This document shows positions 7,395 to 15,243 of a DNA stretch of 32,000 nt, piece by piece; positions within the stretch are counted from its first letter, which is position 1; each line of letters starts with the position of its first letter. Below the pieces are notes generated by a model. The model was not told the DNA's origin. It saw nothing but the letters and a program-made list of their open reading frames with translations, and made no database searches. Made by a program: the position numbers and the translations under genes. The stretch comes from Candidatus Peribacter riflensis (GTDB taxonomy: Bacteria > Patescibacteriota > Gracilibacteria > Peribacterales > Peribacteraceae): positions 450,001 through 482,000 of the forward strand of contig CP013062.1 in assembly GCA_001430755.1 (NCBI GenBank), written 5' to 3'.

Positions 7395-8237
7395 AGGTGA
7401 GGAGCCTGCGGGGGCGGAAACGGACCGGCAGCGGCCGATATTTTCTTTGAAATCCGTGATGGCGCAGTACTGACCGGGAGGACAGAGGATGCCGGCCGTG
7501 CCGCCGCAGGGGGCGCCGTCTGCGGCACCGGAGGTCGCAGAGCCGCTGCGTGAACTTGCAGTGGCTCCGAACTGCAGCGAGCTTAAGAAGGCCATCCACT
7601 GTGCGCGCAGCACTTCGGCTTCCTCCGGGGCTTTTGGCGGGGTGAACGTGAGGGTGAGCAAATCTGCTCCGCGTTCCACCGCCATGATCTCTGTTCCGCT
7701 CTCCCGATCGGTGCGACGGATGGCGTGTTTGCCTGCAATGGTGAAGGGCACACCGTCGGAGGGGAGGGGAGTTTGCTTGGCAAGGGAGATGGAGATCAGC
7801 GGAGTAGCACTCCCTTCGAGCACGAAGACAGTGGCACCCGCCTGCGTTGCCATCATCCAGGAGCGTGGGGCCTGCCCCTTGAGATCGAAGGCCGGCAACG
7901 AAACACTCTGCTGGTCCTTCTCCACCGTCTGTGCATCCTCCGCGACGAGCACTGGCAGGAGGGTCGGGTCGGAATTTGCCTCAAAGACTCCGCGGATGAC
8001 GACGTTCTTCCCTTCGAGCGATCGCAGGTTCACCGAGGTGCTCTCGACGAAGCAGAGGCGCTTGCCGCCCTCGGTGAGGAGGTGCGATCCACGGCGCAGG
8101 GTAGAGATCTCTGCGGGGATGAGGGTTCCCGTCATTGTCTGTACGCCTTCGGGCAGGAACGCGGGAGGGGTCTTCTCCCAGCAGGCGGTGAGGAGGAGCG
8201 AGCTGCCCAGGAGCAGGAAGACGGGAAGGCGTTTCAT
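7383..8237 (-). CDS. putative lipoprotein with a C-terminal four-cysteine motif
   Basis: The internal ATG at 8237 gives MKRLPVFLLLGSSLLLTAC, a signal peptide with a lipobox (L-T-A-C). The C-terminus carries CGGTAGILCPPGQYCAITDFKENIGRC. The ORF-track start at 8339 adds 34 implausible residues. Confidence 0.7.
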   Translation of the reverse strand: MKRLPVFLLLGSSLLLTACWEKTPPAFLPEGVQTMTGTLIPAEISTLRRGSHLLTEGGKRLCFVESTSVNLRSLEGKNVVIRGVFEANSDPTLLPVLVAEDAQTVEKDQQSVSLPAFDLKGQAPRSWMMATQAGATVFVLEGSATPLISISLAKQTPLPSDGVPFTIAGKHAIRRTDRESGTEIMAVERGADLLTLTFTPPKAPEEAEVLRAQWMAFLSSLQFGATASSRSGSATSGAADGAPCGGTAGILCPPGQYCAITDFKENIGRCRSVSAPAGSSPGVQ

Positions 8238-8288
8238 GTCTCTATTCTCCGCGCAGGAGAGGCCTTTCGGCAAGGAGACGTTTCGCAG

Positions 8289-8312
8289 AAAAAGAGGCCC
8301 GGATGGACCTCT
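8289..8312 (-). terminator. intrinsic terminator after the sigma-region-4 gene
   Basis: Minus-strand RNA reads AGAGGUCC-AUCC-GGGCCUCU: an 8-bp stem including one G.U pair, followed by UUUUUCUG. Confidence 0.6.
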
Positions 8313-8338
8313 TTCCATTGGTAAGGGGAAGGGGAGCA

Positions 8339-9445
8339 CTACTTCTTCTTGCTCGGATCGAAGGCGTAGACGGCGCGGCCCACGCGGGTGAAGTAGGGCA
8401 TCTTCTGCAGATTCAGGGAAATCGTGCCGACCTTTACGGTCCGCTGCTTGCCGACTTCGGCAATGATCTCTTTCTTGCTTAAGGGGCCTTTCTCTTTGAG
8501 GATCCGCTCAATGACATCGGCGACTGTTCCGGGCTCGTAGCCCCACTCGCTCAAGGCGTAGAGACCGCGGCCCACGAGTACGAACTGCGGGTAGCGGATG
8601 AGCTCGTTGTGCACCGCCTGCACCGTGACGTTCTTGTGGTCGAACTTGGCCTCGCGGATGCGGTTGGCGATCTCCATGAAGTGGAGCGGCTCGCCCGATT
8701 TCTTCAGGATGATTTCGACCTTGTCGCGGATACTGCGGGGACGGACGAACCTCCACTCGGTGAGACCCCACCCCTCCGGAATTTCTTTGAGACGCTCGTC
8801 GATCTTGAGGCACGAGAGGATGAGCTCGCGGCTGGGGACCCTGCCCTCGAACAGATTCATCGACTGCACGGCCGAGACGATCTCGTCGGCCTGCATGCAG
8901 GATTTACGCTTCTTGAGGATCTTGGTCACGCTGTTGACGATGAGCAGGATATCCTCCATGGCGAGAGAATCTAAGCGCCAGAACGGTACGAAGGTGTTGC
9001 TGCGGCTGCCGAGGGACATCTCGTGATCGATGGAGAAGGAGAGACGCAGCACCGAGCCATCCACCTGGGCACTTCCCTGGATGCGGCGCAGCACCATCGA
9101 GATGAGCTCGTCTTCGCGCAGGAGCCCCCCATGCACGCGCAGAATGCCCTTGGCGAGTGCGTTCACTTCATCCAAGCGCGTCGTGCGCACAGTGCGCTTG
9201 AGCTTGTTTAAGGCGATGGATTCGATCTGCCGGATGCGCTCGCGCGTCACGTTGAACTGTTTCCCGATGCGCTCGAGGGTCTGTTTCTGGTTTCCCTGCA
9301 GCGCAAACCGTCTCTTCACGACTGTCGCCTCTTTCTCGGTGAGAACGAGGAAGAGATTATCGAGTAACTCCTGCAGGTTCAGCGTGATCTGGGGTGCAGT
9401 GGCTGTCTGCGGAGTCGTCGTGGAGGCGGCCTGGGGAGCGGTCAT
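8339..9445 (-). CDS. sigma-70 region-4 domain protein with three tandem winged-helix (HARE-HTH-like) repeats
   Basis: The region 4.2 HTH is TLERIGKQFNVTRERIRQIESIALNKLKR. No region 2 is recognisable. Three C-terminal repeats each end in GWGLTEW / RGLYALSEW / GRAVYAF. I prefer the start at 9445 (MTAPQ...). An alternative ATG at 9547 adds a Cys-rich 34-aa extension. Confidence 0.8.
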   Translation of the reverse strand: MTAPQAASTTTPQTATAPQITLNLQELLDNLFLVLTEKEATVVKRRFALQGNQKQTLERIGKQFNVTRERIRQIESIALNKLKRTVRTTRLDEVNALAKGILRVHGGLLREDELISMVLRRIQGSAQVDGSVLRLSFSIDHEMSLGSRSNTFVPFWRLDSLAMEDILLIVNSVTKILKKRKSCMQADEIVSAVQSMNLFEGRVPSRELILSCLKIDERLKEIPEGWGLTEWRFVRPRSIRDKVEIILKKSGEPLHFMEIANRIREAKFDHKNVTVQAVHNELIRYPQFVLVGRGLYALSEWGYEPGTVADVIERILKEKGPLSKKEIIAEVGKQRTVKVGTISLNLQKMPYFTRVGRAVYAFDPSKKK

Positions 9446-9690
9446 CAGCAGGGGGGAAAGAACATCCCTCGTTTTACCATAACATTGACAGAGACAAAAG
9501 ATGCCGTAGGGGTTCGAGTAGACGGGAGATGAGACATGTTGCTCCATGTCTCGGAGTGCACTTGTATCGACATTGCAGTCACTCGATTCCCGACGCTCTC
9601 ACAAGCGGCAAAGTTCACCTCTCGCCCGTAGACGAAGCCTGGGGGCGAACGGTAAGAACGCGGTGTTCTAATGAACAGGTAAAGGATGAT

Positions 9691-9718
9691 ATTTTAGTAA
9701 TTTTTCCAACATTGTCAA
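9691..9718 (-). promoter_or_regulatory. near-consensus promoter TTGACA-16-TAAAAT facing the sigma-region-4 gene
   Basis: The reverse complement reads tgTTGACAatgttggaaaaattacTAAAATa. It overlaps the ruvX stop codon. It predicts a leader of roughly 140-240 nt. Confidence 0.5.
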
Positions 9719-10095
9719 CAATCTTCCTGATGCTTTGGAATAACTGTAGAGAGCAGATTTAGGGCAGCAATGGCATCCGGATCGCTCTGTGGACCCCGTG
9801 GGGTGGTATATCGCTCATCTTTGAGCAAAATTGGCAAACCAAGGGAACCGATCTCGGCCGCGACCGAACGGACCAGGCGGGCCTGCGATCCCTCCTCGCC
9901 GGAGGGCAGCAGGGGGAGCCCGATGATCAATTGGTCAATCGAGCGTGCACGAATCAGCTGCTCAAGCTGTGCGACGAGAGCTGCAGTCGAACGGTGCTGG
10001 AGCGTATCAAGCGGAAGAGGTACACCCACTGCGTCATCAAGATAGGCCACCCCGGTGCGCTTGGTTCCAATATCGAGGGCGAGTAATCGGGCCAT
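9715..10095 (-). CDS. ruvX: Holliday junction resolvase-like / pre-16S rRNA nuclease YqgF
   Basis: N-terminal LALDIGTKRTGVA motif. The 126 aa length is typical of YqgF. Its ATG directly abuts the rpsT TAG stop. Confidence 0.88.
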   Translation of the reverse strand: MARLLALDIGTKRTGVAYLDDAVGVPLPLDTLQHRSTAALVAQLEQLIRARSIDQLIIGLPLLPSGEEGSQARLVRSVAAEIGSLGLPILLKDERYTTPRGPQSDPDAIAALNLLSTVIPKHQEDC

Positions 10096-10368
10096 CTATT
10101 TCTTCTTCCCGAGCGAAGCGACCAGGGAGGCGGCATGGGATTTCTGCCGGGCGGCGTTCTTCCAATGAATGAGGTGCTTCTTCGCTGCGGTGTCGATGGC
10201 CTTCATGACGGTGGGGAGCAGTTTCACGGCCTCGTCGTGCTTTCCTTCTTTTGCCAGATCGGTGAGCGTTCGCACAGCGGACTTCATGCGCGTCTTGAAC
10301 GGACGGCGCGCATCGCGCTTCACAGCGCTCTGACGCATGGCTTTGGTGGCGGATGACGTAATCGGCAT
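10096..10368 (-). CDS. rpsT: 30S ribosomal protein S20
   Basis: The internal ATG at 10368 gives a 90-aa basic protein, MPITSSATKAMRQSAVKRDARRPFKTRMKSAVR...HWKNAARQKS, typical of S20. The ORF-track extension to 10533 is implausible. Confidence 0.9.
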   Translation of the reverse strand: MPITSSATKAMRQSAVKRDARRPFKTRMKSAVRTLTDLAKEGKHDEAVKLLPTVMKAIDTAAKKHLIHWKNAARQKSHAASLVASLGKKK

Positions 10369-10380
10369 AGGGCGCGTGGA

Positions 10381-10409
10381 AGGGTAGGGAAGGAGTGCAG
10401 GAGCGTCAA
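10381..10409 (-). promoter_or_regulatory. putative rpsT promoter: TTGACG-17-TACCCT
   Basis: The reverse complement reads TTGACGctcctgcactccttcccTACCCT, 12 nt from the ATG. Its -35 block is a 13/14 inverted copy of the glmS -35 block. Confidence 0.4.
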
Positions 10410-10486
10410 GGAAAAGCCTGTTCCGATTGGCGTGCGGAGAGTGCGTGCGGGGGGATTCGCGTGATGAAAGTGCGGAGCCCTCTGCA

Positions 10487-10514
10487 TTGACTCTCCTGCA
10501 TAAATCAATAGAAT
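10487..10514 (+). promoter_or_regulatory. putative glmS promoter: TTGACT-16-TAGAAT
   Basis: TTGACTctcctgcataaatcaaTAGAAT. The -10 ends 25 nt upstream of the glmS ATG. Confidence 0.5.
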
Positions 10515-10539
10515 CTCCGTATTCCCAAGCCATTTCTCA

Positions 10540-12312
10540 ATGTGCGGAATCATTGGATATGTCGGCAAAAGGACGGATGCAGGGTTTCTCGTGGTTGAGG
10601 GTCTCAAGCACCTCGAATATCGGGGTTATGACTCGTGGGGGGTGGCCTGCAAGACGAAGGACGGCATCGCCATCCGCAAAGATGTCGGCAAGATCAGCAC
10701 TGTGAACCCGGCGGAGTTTTTGAAGTCCTGTTCGCTGGCCATGGCACACACGCGCTGGGCGACCCACGGCGGCGTGACGCAAGAGAACGCTCACCCGCAT
10801 GTGAGCTGCGACGGCAAGATCGTGGTCGTGCTCAACGGCATCATCGAAAATTTTGAAACGCTCCGCGAAGAGCTGAAGGCGAAGGGGCACCGGTTCGTTT
10901 CCACCACGGATACCGAAGTCATCCCACATCTCATCGAGGAAGAAATGAAGCATGAGCCGGACTTCGCCGCAGCCGTACGGCGCGCCTGCCTCAAGTTCGA
11001 AGGGCGCTTCGGCATCGTGGTCATGCATGCCGAATCAGAGACGCTGGTGGCGGCCCGCACGGGATCGCCGCTCATCATCGGTGTGGCTGCAGATGGCTAC
11101 TTCATCGCCTCTGATACTCCGGCTTTTCTGGAATATACATCGACAGTGCAGTACCTGGATGACGGAGAGATGGTGGTGACGGACGGAGAGAGCATCCTCT
11201 TTTCCGACATCAAGACAGGAGTGGTGCGCGAGAAGCGCGAAATCACCATCACGTGGTCCGCAGCTCAGTCGCAGAAGGGTGAGTACGAGCACTTCATGCT
11301 CAAGGAGATCATGGAGCAGAAGGGCTCCATCGCGCGCGCCGTGAATCAGGACGAAGAGCAGATCGAAACGCTGGCGCGCGCCATCCTCGGTGCGCAGGGC
11401 ACATTCCTGGTGGGGTGCGGCACGGCTGCCAAAGCGTGTATGGCGGCGGAGTACTTTTTCTCGGTCATCGCGGGGCACCACGTGAACTTCGCGCCGGCGA
11501 GCGAGTTCAAACTCTACCATCGCTTTCTCAAGCCCGAGAGCCTTCTCATTGCGGTGAGCCAGAGCGGCGAGACCGCCGATACGCTGGAGGCGATGAAGAT
11601 CGCCAAAGCCAAAGGCGCGAAGGTGCTGGCGATCGTGAATACAGAGGGTTCCACCATTGCGCGCGAAGCGGATTTCACGCTGCATATCAATGCCGGTCCA
11701 GAGCGTGCCGTTGCCTCCACCAAGGCCCTCACGGGCCAGATGGCTGTTCTTCTGCTCATCGCGTACGCCATGATCGGCAAGCTCCCCAAGGGACGCACGC
11801 GGCTCCTCGAGACCGCAGCTGCCATCAATGACATGTTGAACCCGCGCTACATGCAGTTCATCGAGATGATCGCTGAGCGCATTCAGGAGAGTTCTGATCT
11901 CTACATCATTGGGAAAGGCTGGAACTACCCCATGGCGCTCGAGAGCGCGATCAAGATTCAGGAGGTGAGCTATGTGCACGCGGAGGGATTCGCCGGCGGC
12001 GAGCTGAAGCACGGACCCATCGCTCTCATCGAGAAGGGCACCCCCTGCATTGCGCTGGTGGGGAATGACGAGGTGCGTACCGATATCATCAGTAACGCGA
12101 TCGAGCTCAAGGCCCGCGGCGGGTTTATCATCGGCATTTCGCCCGAGCGGCATGAGGTCTTCGACGAGTGGATCAAGGTGCCCGATGTCGATACGGCGCA
12201 GGCCATCGTGAACATCATCCCCGTGCAGGTGCTGGCGTACTTCCTGGCGGTGAAGCGGGGCAAAGATCCGGATATGCCGAGGAATCTGGCGAAGTCAGTG
12301 ACTGTAAAATGA
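10540..12312 (+). CDS. glmS: glutamine--fructose-6-phosphate aminotransferase (isomerizing)
   Basis: MCGIIGY N-terminal nucleophile, two SIS domains (SQSGETADT), and the conserved C-terminus LAKSVTVK. Confidence 0.98.
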   Translation: MCGIIGYVGKRTDAGFLVVEGLKHLEYRGYDSWGVACKTKDGIAIRKDVGKISTVNPAEFLKSCSLAMAHTRWATHGGVTQENAHPHVSCDGKIVVVLNGIIENFETLREELKAKGHRFVSTTDTEVIPHLIEEEMKHEPDFAAAVRRACLKFEGRFGIVVMHAESETLVAARTGSPLIIGVAADGYFIASDTPAFLEYTSTVQYLDDGEMVVTDGESILFSDIKTGVVREKREITITWSAAQSQKGEYEHFMLKEIMEQKGSIARAVNQDEEQIETLARAILGAQGTFLVGCGTAAKACMAAEYFFSVIAGHHVNFAPASEFKLYHRFLKPESLLIAVSQSGETADTLEAMKIAKAKGAKVLAIVNTEGSTIAREADFTLHINAGPERAVASTKALTGQMAVLLLIAYAMIGKLPKGRTRLLETAAAINDMLNPRYMQFIEMIAERIQESSDLYIIGKGWNYPMALESAIKIQEVSYVHAEGFAGGELKHGPIALIEKGTPCIALVGNDEVRTDIISNAIELKARGGFIIGISPERHEVFDEWIKVPDVDTAQAIVNIIPVQVLAYFLAVKRGKDPDMPRNLAKSVTVK

Positions 12313-12332
12313 TCGTCTTCCCCCTCACCCTG

Positions 12333-12376
12333 CCCTCTCCCATCGGGAGAGGGAATGTTTGTTGTGTTTGTTTTAT
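12333..12376 (+). terminator. intrinsic terminator of glmS
   Basis: Perfect 9-bp stem ccctctccc/gggagaggg with a 3-nt loop (12333-12353), followed by the U-rich tail aauguuuguuguguuuguuuua. Confidence 0.6.
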
Positions 12377-12499
12377 CACGACCTCGGCAACGGAACCCTC
12401 TCTCCCCGAGGGAGAGAGCCGGAGAGAGGGGCCGTCATTTTTCATCCGGCGGCAGCCCGTCCGTCCTTCGCCCCTCCGGAGCTACGGAGGATGGCATAT

Positions 12500-15070
12500 T
12501 CATTTTTCATCAGGAGGTATGCCATAGTACTTGAACAAGAACGTCGCAATGTCTTTGAAGACCGGAGCGGCGGACTGCACGCCCAGTTCCTTGCCGCGGG
12601 CCTTGGGGCGGTCGAATTTCACCAGCACCACGAACTTCGGACGCATGGCGGGCCCGTAGCCCGCAAACGACGTGATCACCGAGCCGGTGCCTGTCTCGTA
12701 CTTGCCGCCCGGCCCCGCGATCTGGCTGGTTCCGGTTTTGCCCGCCAGCCGGTACCCGAGCACCTTGGCCGACTTGGCGTAGCCGTTGTTCACCGAACTG
12801 ATGAGCATCGCTGTGATGGTGGCGGAGCTCTCGGGAGTGATGACCTGGTCGACAACTTTGGGCTGCGTGCGCTCCACCGTGCCGTCGGCGCGGATGACGC
12901 GGTCGATGATGATGGGCTTCATCAGCTTTCCGCCATTCGCGAGTGCGGCGAAGGCCGCCACCATCTGCAGGGGAGTGGCGGAGAGACCCTGCCCGTACGA
13001 GGAGGTGGCGAGCAGCGCATTACTCCAGTTCTTCCACGGCCGCAGCTCTCCGGGCAGCTCGTCTTCCAGCTCCACTCCCGTGATGTGCCCGAAGCCGAAG
13101 CGGTCTAAGGCGCGGTAGAAGAGCTTGCGGCCCAGCTTCATCGAGACGCTCGTCATGCAGGTGTTGATCGAAAACTCCAGACAGTTCGTCATCGTCACTT
13201 TGCCGTAGTACCGAAAGAGCGCGTTCTGGATGGTGTACTCATCCACCTTCACGGGGCCGGTGTCGTCGTACAGATCATTCGGCGTCACCTCACCCTGATC
13301 GATGGCGATCCCCATGGTGACCGGCTTCATCACGGATCCGGGCTCGTACACCGTCTGGACGGCGCGGTTCAGGTAGGCGCCCACGCCGATGCCGTTCTTG
13401 TACTTGAGCCAGACATCCGAACGGTCGGTGGGAAAGAGCTCGATGCGCGTCGTCTCGCCCAGGTAGAGGTAGGTGCGGACGATATCTTTGAGTTCGTAGA
13501 GCGCCTCGATATCCGTCAGGGCCTTCTGCTTCTCGGCCGAGAGCTTCTGTCGGCCCTCTTGGGTGAAGACATCGTCGAGGTAGGCCTTGAGGATGAACGC
13601 GCGGGTGTCGGGGTGGTAGATCTCGACGACGATCTGCTTCTGCTGTGCCGACGAGAGAATTATAGGTTCTTTCTCGTAGACTGTTCCGTAGTTGTTGCTA
13701 TCGAAGAGCGGGGCATTGACCATGGCGAGGATACGGCCCGTCTCGGGATCGAGGACGATCGCCTGGCCGCTTTCGGCATCGGCCGTCTTCACGGCGGCAT
13801 CCATGATCGTCTCCACCTCTTTCTGAATCGCGCGGTCGATGGTGAGGACGATGGTATCGCCGTCCTTCGGATCGACGATGCGCTGGTCTGCGGTGAGGAT
13901 CTGTCCGCCGCTGGGGTCGCTCACGGTCGAGATGAGTCCCTCCTGCCCGCGGAGCTGCGGGTCAAACGTGCGCTCGATGCCGTACTGTGCCTCCTGCGTA
14001 GGATTCAGGAAACCGACCACGTGCGAGCCGACGGTCCCGTCGGGATAGTAGCGCCAGTGTTCCGGGATGAGAGCGATGCACCGCAGGGGATCGTGGATCT
14101 GCTCGGCAGCTTCGGGGCTGGCCGAGGCCTTTTTGCGCTGGAGTGTTTCTTGCAAAGATTGGAGCATGAGCTCTTTGACGCGCACCGAAACCGACGGGGG
14201 AAGGCGCCGCATGATCGAGACGTAGCGGAGCGGCCGGCTGCGCAGCTGGTCGCGGAGAACGATGGGATCCTTGCCGAGGGGTTCTGCGAGCCTGCGCGCG
14301 ATGCCTGCCAGCTGGCCCTGATTGATCTGTTCGGGATCCGCCGAGATGAGGCGGGTGGCGCGGTTCACCGTAAGGCCCGCAATACCCAGTTCCTCCACGG
14401 TGCTCATCTGCTGTTTCGTCGCACCGTACAGAAGCGGGACGAAGGTGACGCGCTTCTCTGAGATGCGCTCCTCAATGGAGCGGGCGAAGCGGCGGCGCAC
14501 CTCGGTTAAGTCCGGCAGCTCTGCGGCGGGCGGGGGAGGCAGCTCACTCGGCAGGGGTTCTAAGAGGGGGGCTGCGAGAAGAGCCCGCATGCGAATCATC
14601 GGGTCAAACGCCGCCGCGTACTCATTGGTGAGCTCGCGCGGACAGAGAGGGGACCCCGCCGAGCAGGCGGCGTGCACCTCGGGTGTGACCAGGATGTCGG
14701 CCAGCTTCTCCGCCACGAGCACCGGGTCATCCGTCACCAGCGGATCCACGTAGAGCAGGTCCAACGTCGTGTTCGTTGCGAGAATGCTCGTCTCGTTCGT
14801 CTTGCTGCTCTGCGAGAGGATTTCACCCCGGCGTGCCGGCAGCACCACGCCTCCGAAGTGCTGTGCCTGGGCGTAGGATCGGTACTCACTGCCGCGAAGG
14901 AGTTGCAGTTCGAGCAGCCGCGCGAGGATGATGAGCCCGCACAGTCCCAGCATCACGTGCACGATCAGCACCCGCTGCTGGAGGGAGCGGTGGCGCTGGG
15001 TCTCGGAGGGTAACCGGTACGCGTGCATGGGCGATGCAGTATAGTGCGCGGATAGGAGTGAGTGGAGCAT
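12500..15070 (-). CDS. class B penicillin-binding protein (peptidoglycan transpeptidase) with large insertions
   Basis: N-terminal TM helix, SxxK (GSVMKP), SxN (FSINT) and KTG (KTGTS) motifs. At 856 aa it is longer than typical PBP2/FtsI. The start could be the ATG at 15028. Confidence 0.9.
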   Translation of the reverse strand: MLHSLLSAHYTASPMHAYRLPSETQRHRSLQQRVLIVHVMLGLCGLIILARLLELQLLRGSEYRSYAQAQHFGGVVLPARRGEILSQSSKTNETSILATNTTLDLLYVDPLVTDDPVLVAEKLADILVTPEVHAACSAGSPLCPRELTNEYAAAFDPMIRMRALLAAPLLEPLPSELPPPPAAELPDLTEVRRRFARSIEERISEKRVTFVPLLYGATKQQMSTVEELGIAGLTVNRATRLISADPEQINQGQLAGIARRLAEPLGKDPIVLRDQLRSRPLRYVSIMRRLPPSVSVRVKELMLQSLQETLQRKKASASPEAAEQIHDPLRCIALIPEHWRYYPDGTVGSHVVGFLNPTQEAQYGIERTFDPQLRGQEGLISTVSDPSGGQILTADQRIVDPKDGDTIVLTIDRAIQKEVETIMDAAVKTADAESGQAIVLDPETGRILAMVNAPLFDSNNYGTVYEKEPIILSSAQQKQIVVEIYHPDTRAFILKAYLDDVFTQEGRQKLSAEKQKALTDIEALYELKDIVRTYLYLGETTRIELFPTDRSDVWLKYKNGIGVGAYLNRAVQTVYEPGSVMKPVTMGIAIDQGEVTPNDLYDDTGPVKVDEYTIQNALFRYYGKVTMTNCLEFSINTCMTSVSMKLGRKLFYRALDRFGFGHITGVELEDELPGELRPWKNWSNALLATSSYGQGLSATPLQMVAAFAALANGGKLMKPIIIDRVIRADGTVERTQPKVVDQVITPESSATITAMLISSVNNGYAKSAKVLGYRLAGKTGTSQIAGPGGKYETGTGSVITSFAGYGPAMRPKFVVLVKFDRPKARGKELGVQSAAPVFKDIATFLFKYYGIPPDEK

Positions 15071-15094
15071 TTTTCTTGCTGTGAGGAGGAATAA

Positions 15095-15198
15095 GGAATG
15101 ATGAATTATGAATGAAGAATAAATGGGAGACAGTCTCTCATCCCTGACCCGTCATTGATCATTCATCATTCTTCATTCTTTATTCATAATTCCCATTC
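15095..15198. repeat. AT-rich imperfect inverted repeat built from GAATGA/TCATTC units
   Basis: gaattatgaatgaagaat (15103-15120) pairs with attctttattcataattc (15176-15193) at 17/18 positions. Flanking gaatg/cattc units extend the pairing. The unit repetition allows several pairing registers. Confidence 0.6.
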
Positions 15199-15208
15199 AA
15201 AGAACCAA

Positions 15209-15237
15209 TAGCCAAGAAGCCGATTCCCTGCTATAAT
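15209..15237 (+). promoter_or_regulatory. putative promoter: TAGCCA-17-TATAAT, 6 nt from the ATPase ATG
   Basis: A consensus TATAAT at 15232-15237 is followed by aatcag and then the ATG at 15244. No SD is present. Confidence 0.5.
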
Positions 15238-15243
15238 AATCAG

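Noticed and set aside
9505-9525. tRNA-like GGTTCGAGT T-loop motif
   Set aside because: The flanking bases do not form a T-stem, and no acceptor, D or anticodon arms can be drawn. I found no tRNA anywhere in the window.
10515-10539. glmS ribozyme upstream of glmS
   Set aside because: The predicted leader is only about 20-25 nt, with a divergent rpsT promoter immediately upstream. That is far too short for the roughly 170-nt ribozyme, and I saw none of its conserved core.
11035-12153. Long antisense ORFs: 372 aa opposite glmS, 335 aa at 16531-17538, 240 aa at 24555-25277, 261 aa at 26520-27305 and 374 aa at 27342-28466
   Set aside because: These are typical shadow ORFs of a GC-rich genome. 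They are Arg/His/Gly-rich with implausible composition, and each lies opposite a gene with strong motif support or better codon usage.
12310-12312. Alternative genetic code (UGA recoding as in some candidate phyla)
   Set aside because: TGA terminates glmS at its conserved C-terminus (LAKSVTVK). The conserved genes read through without internal TGA codons. The standard bacterial code fits.
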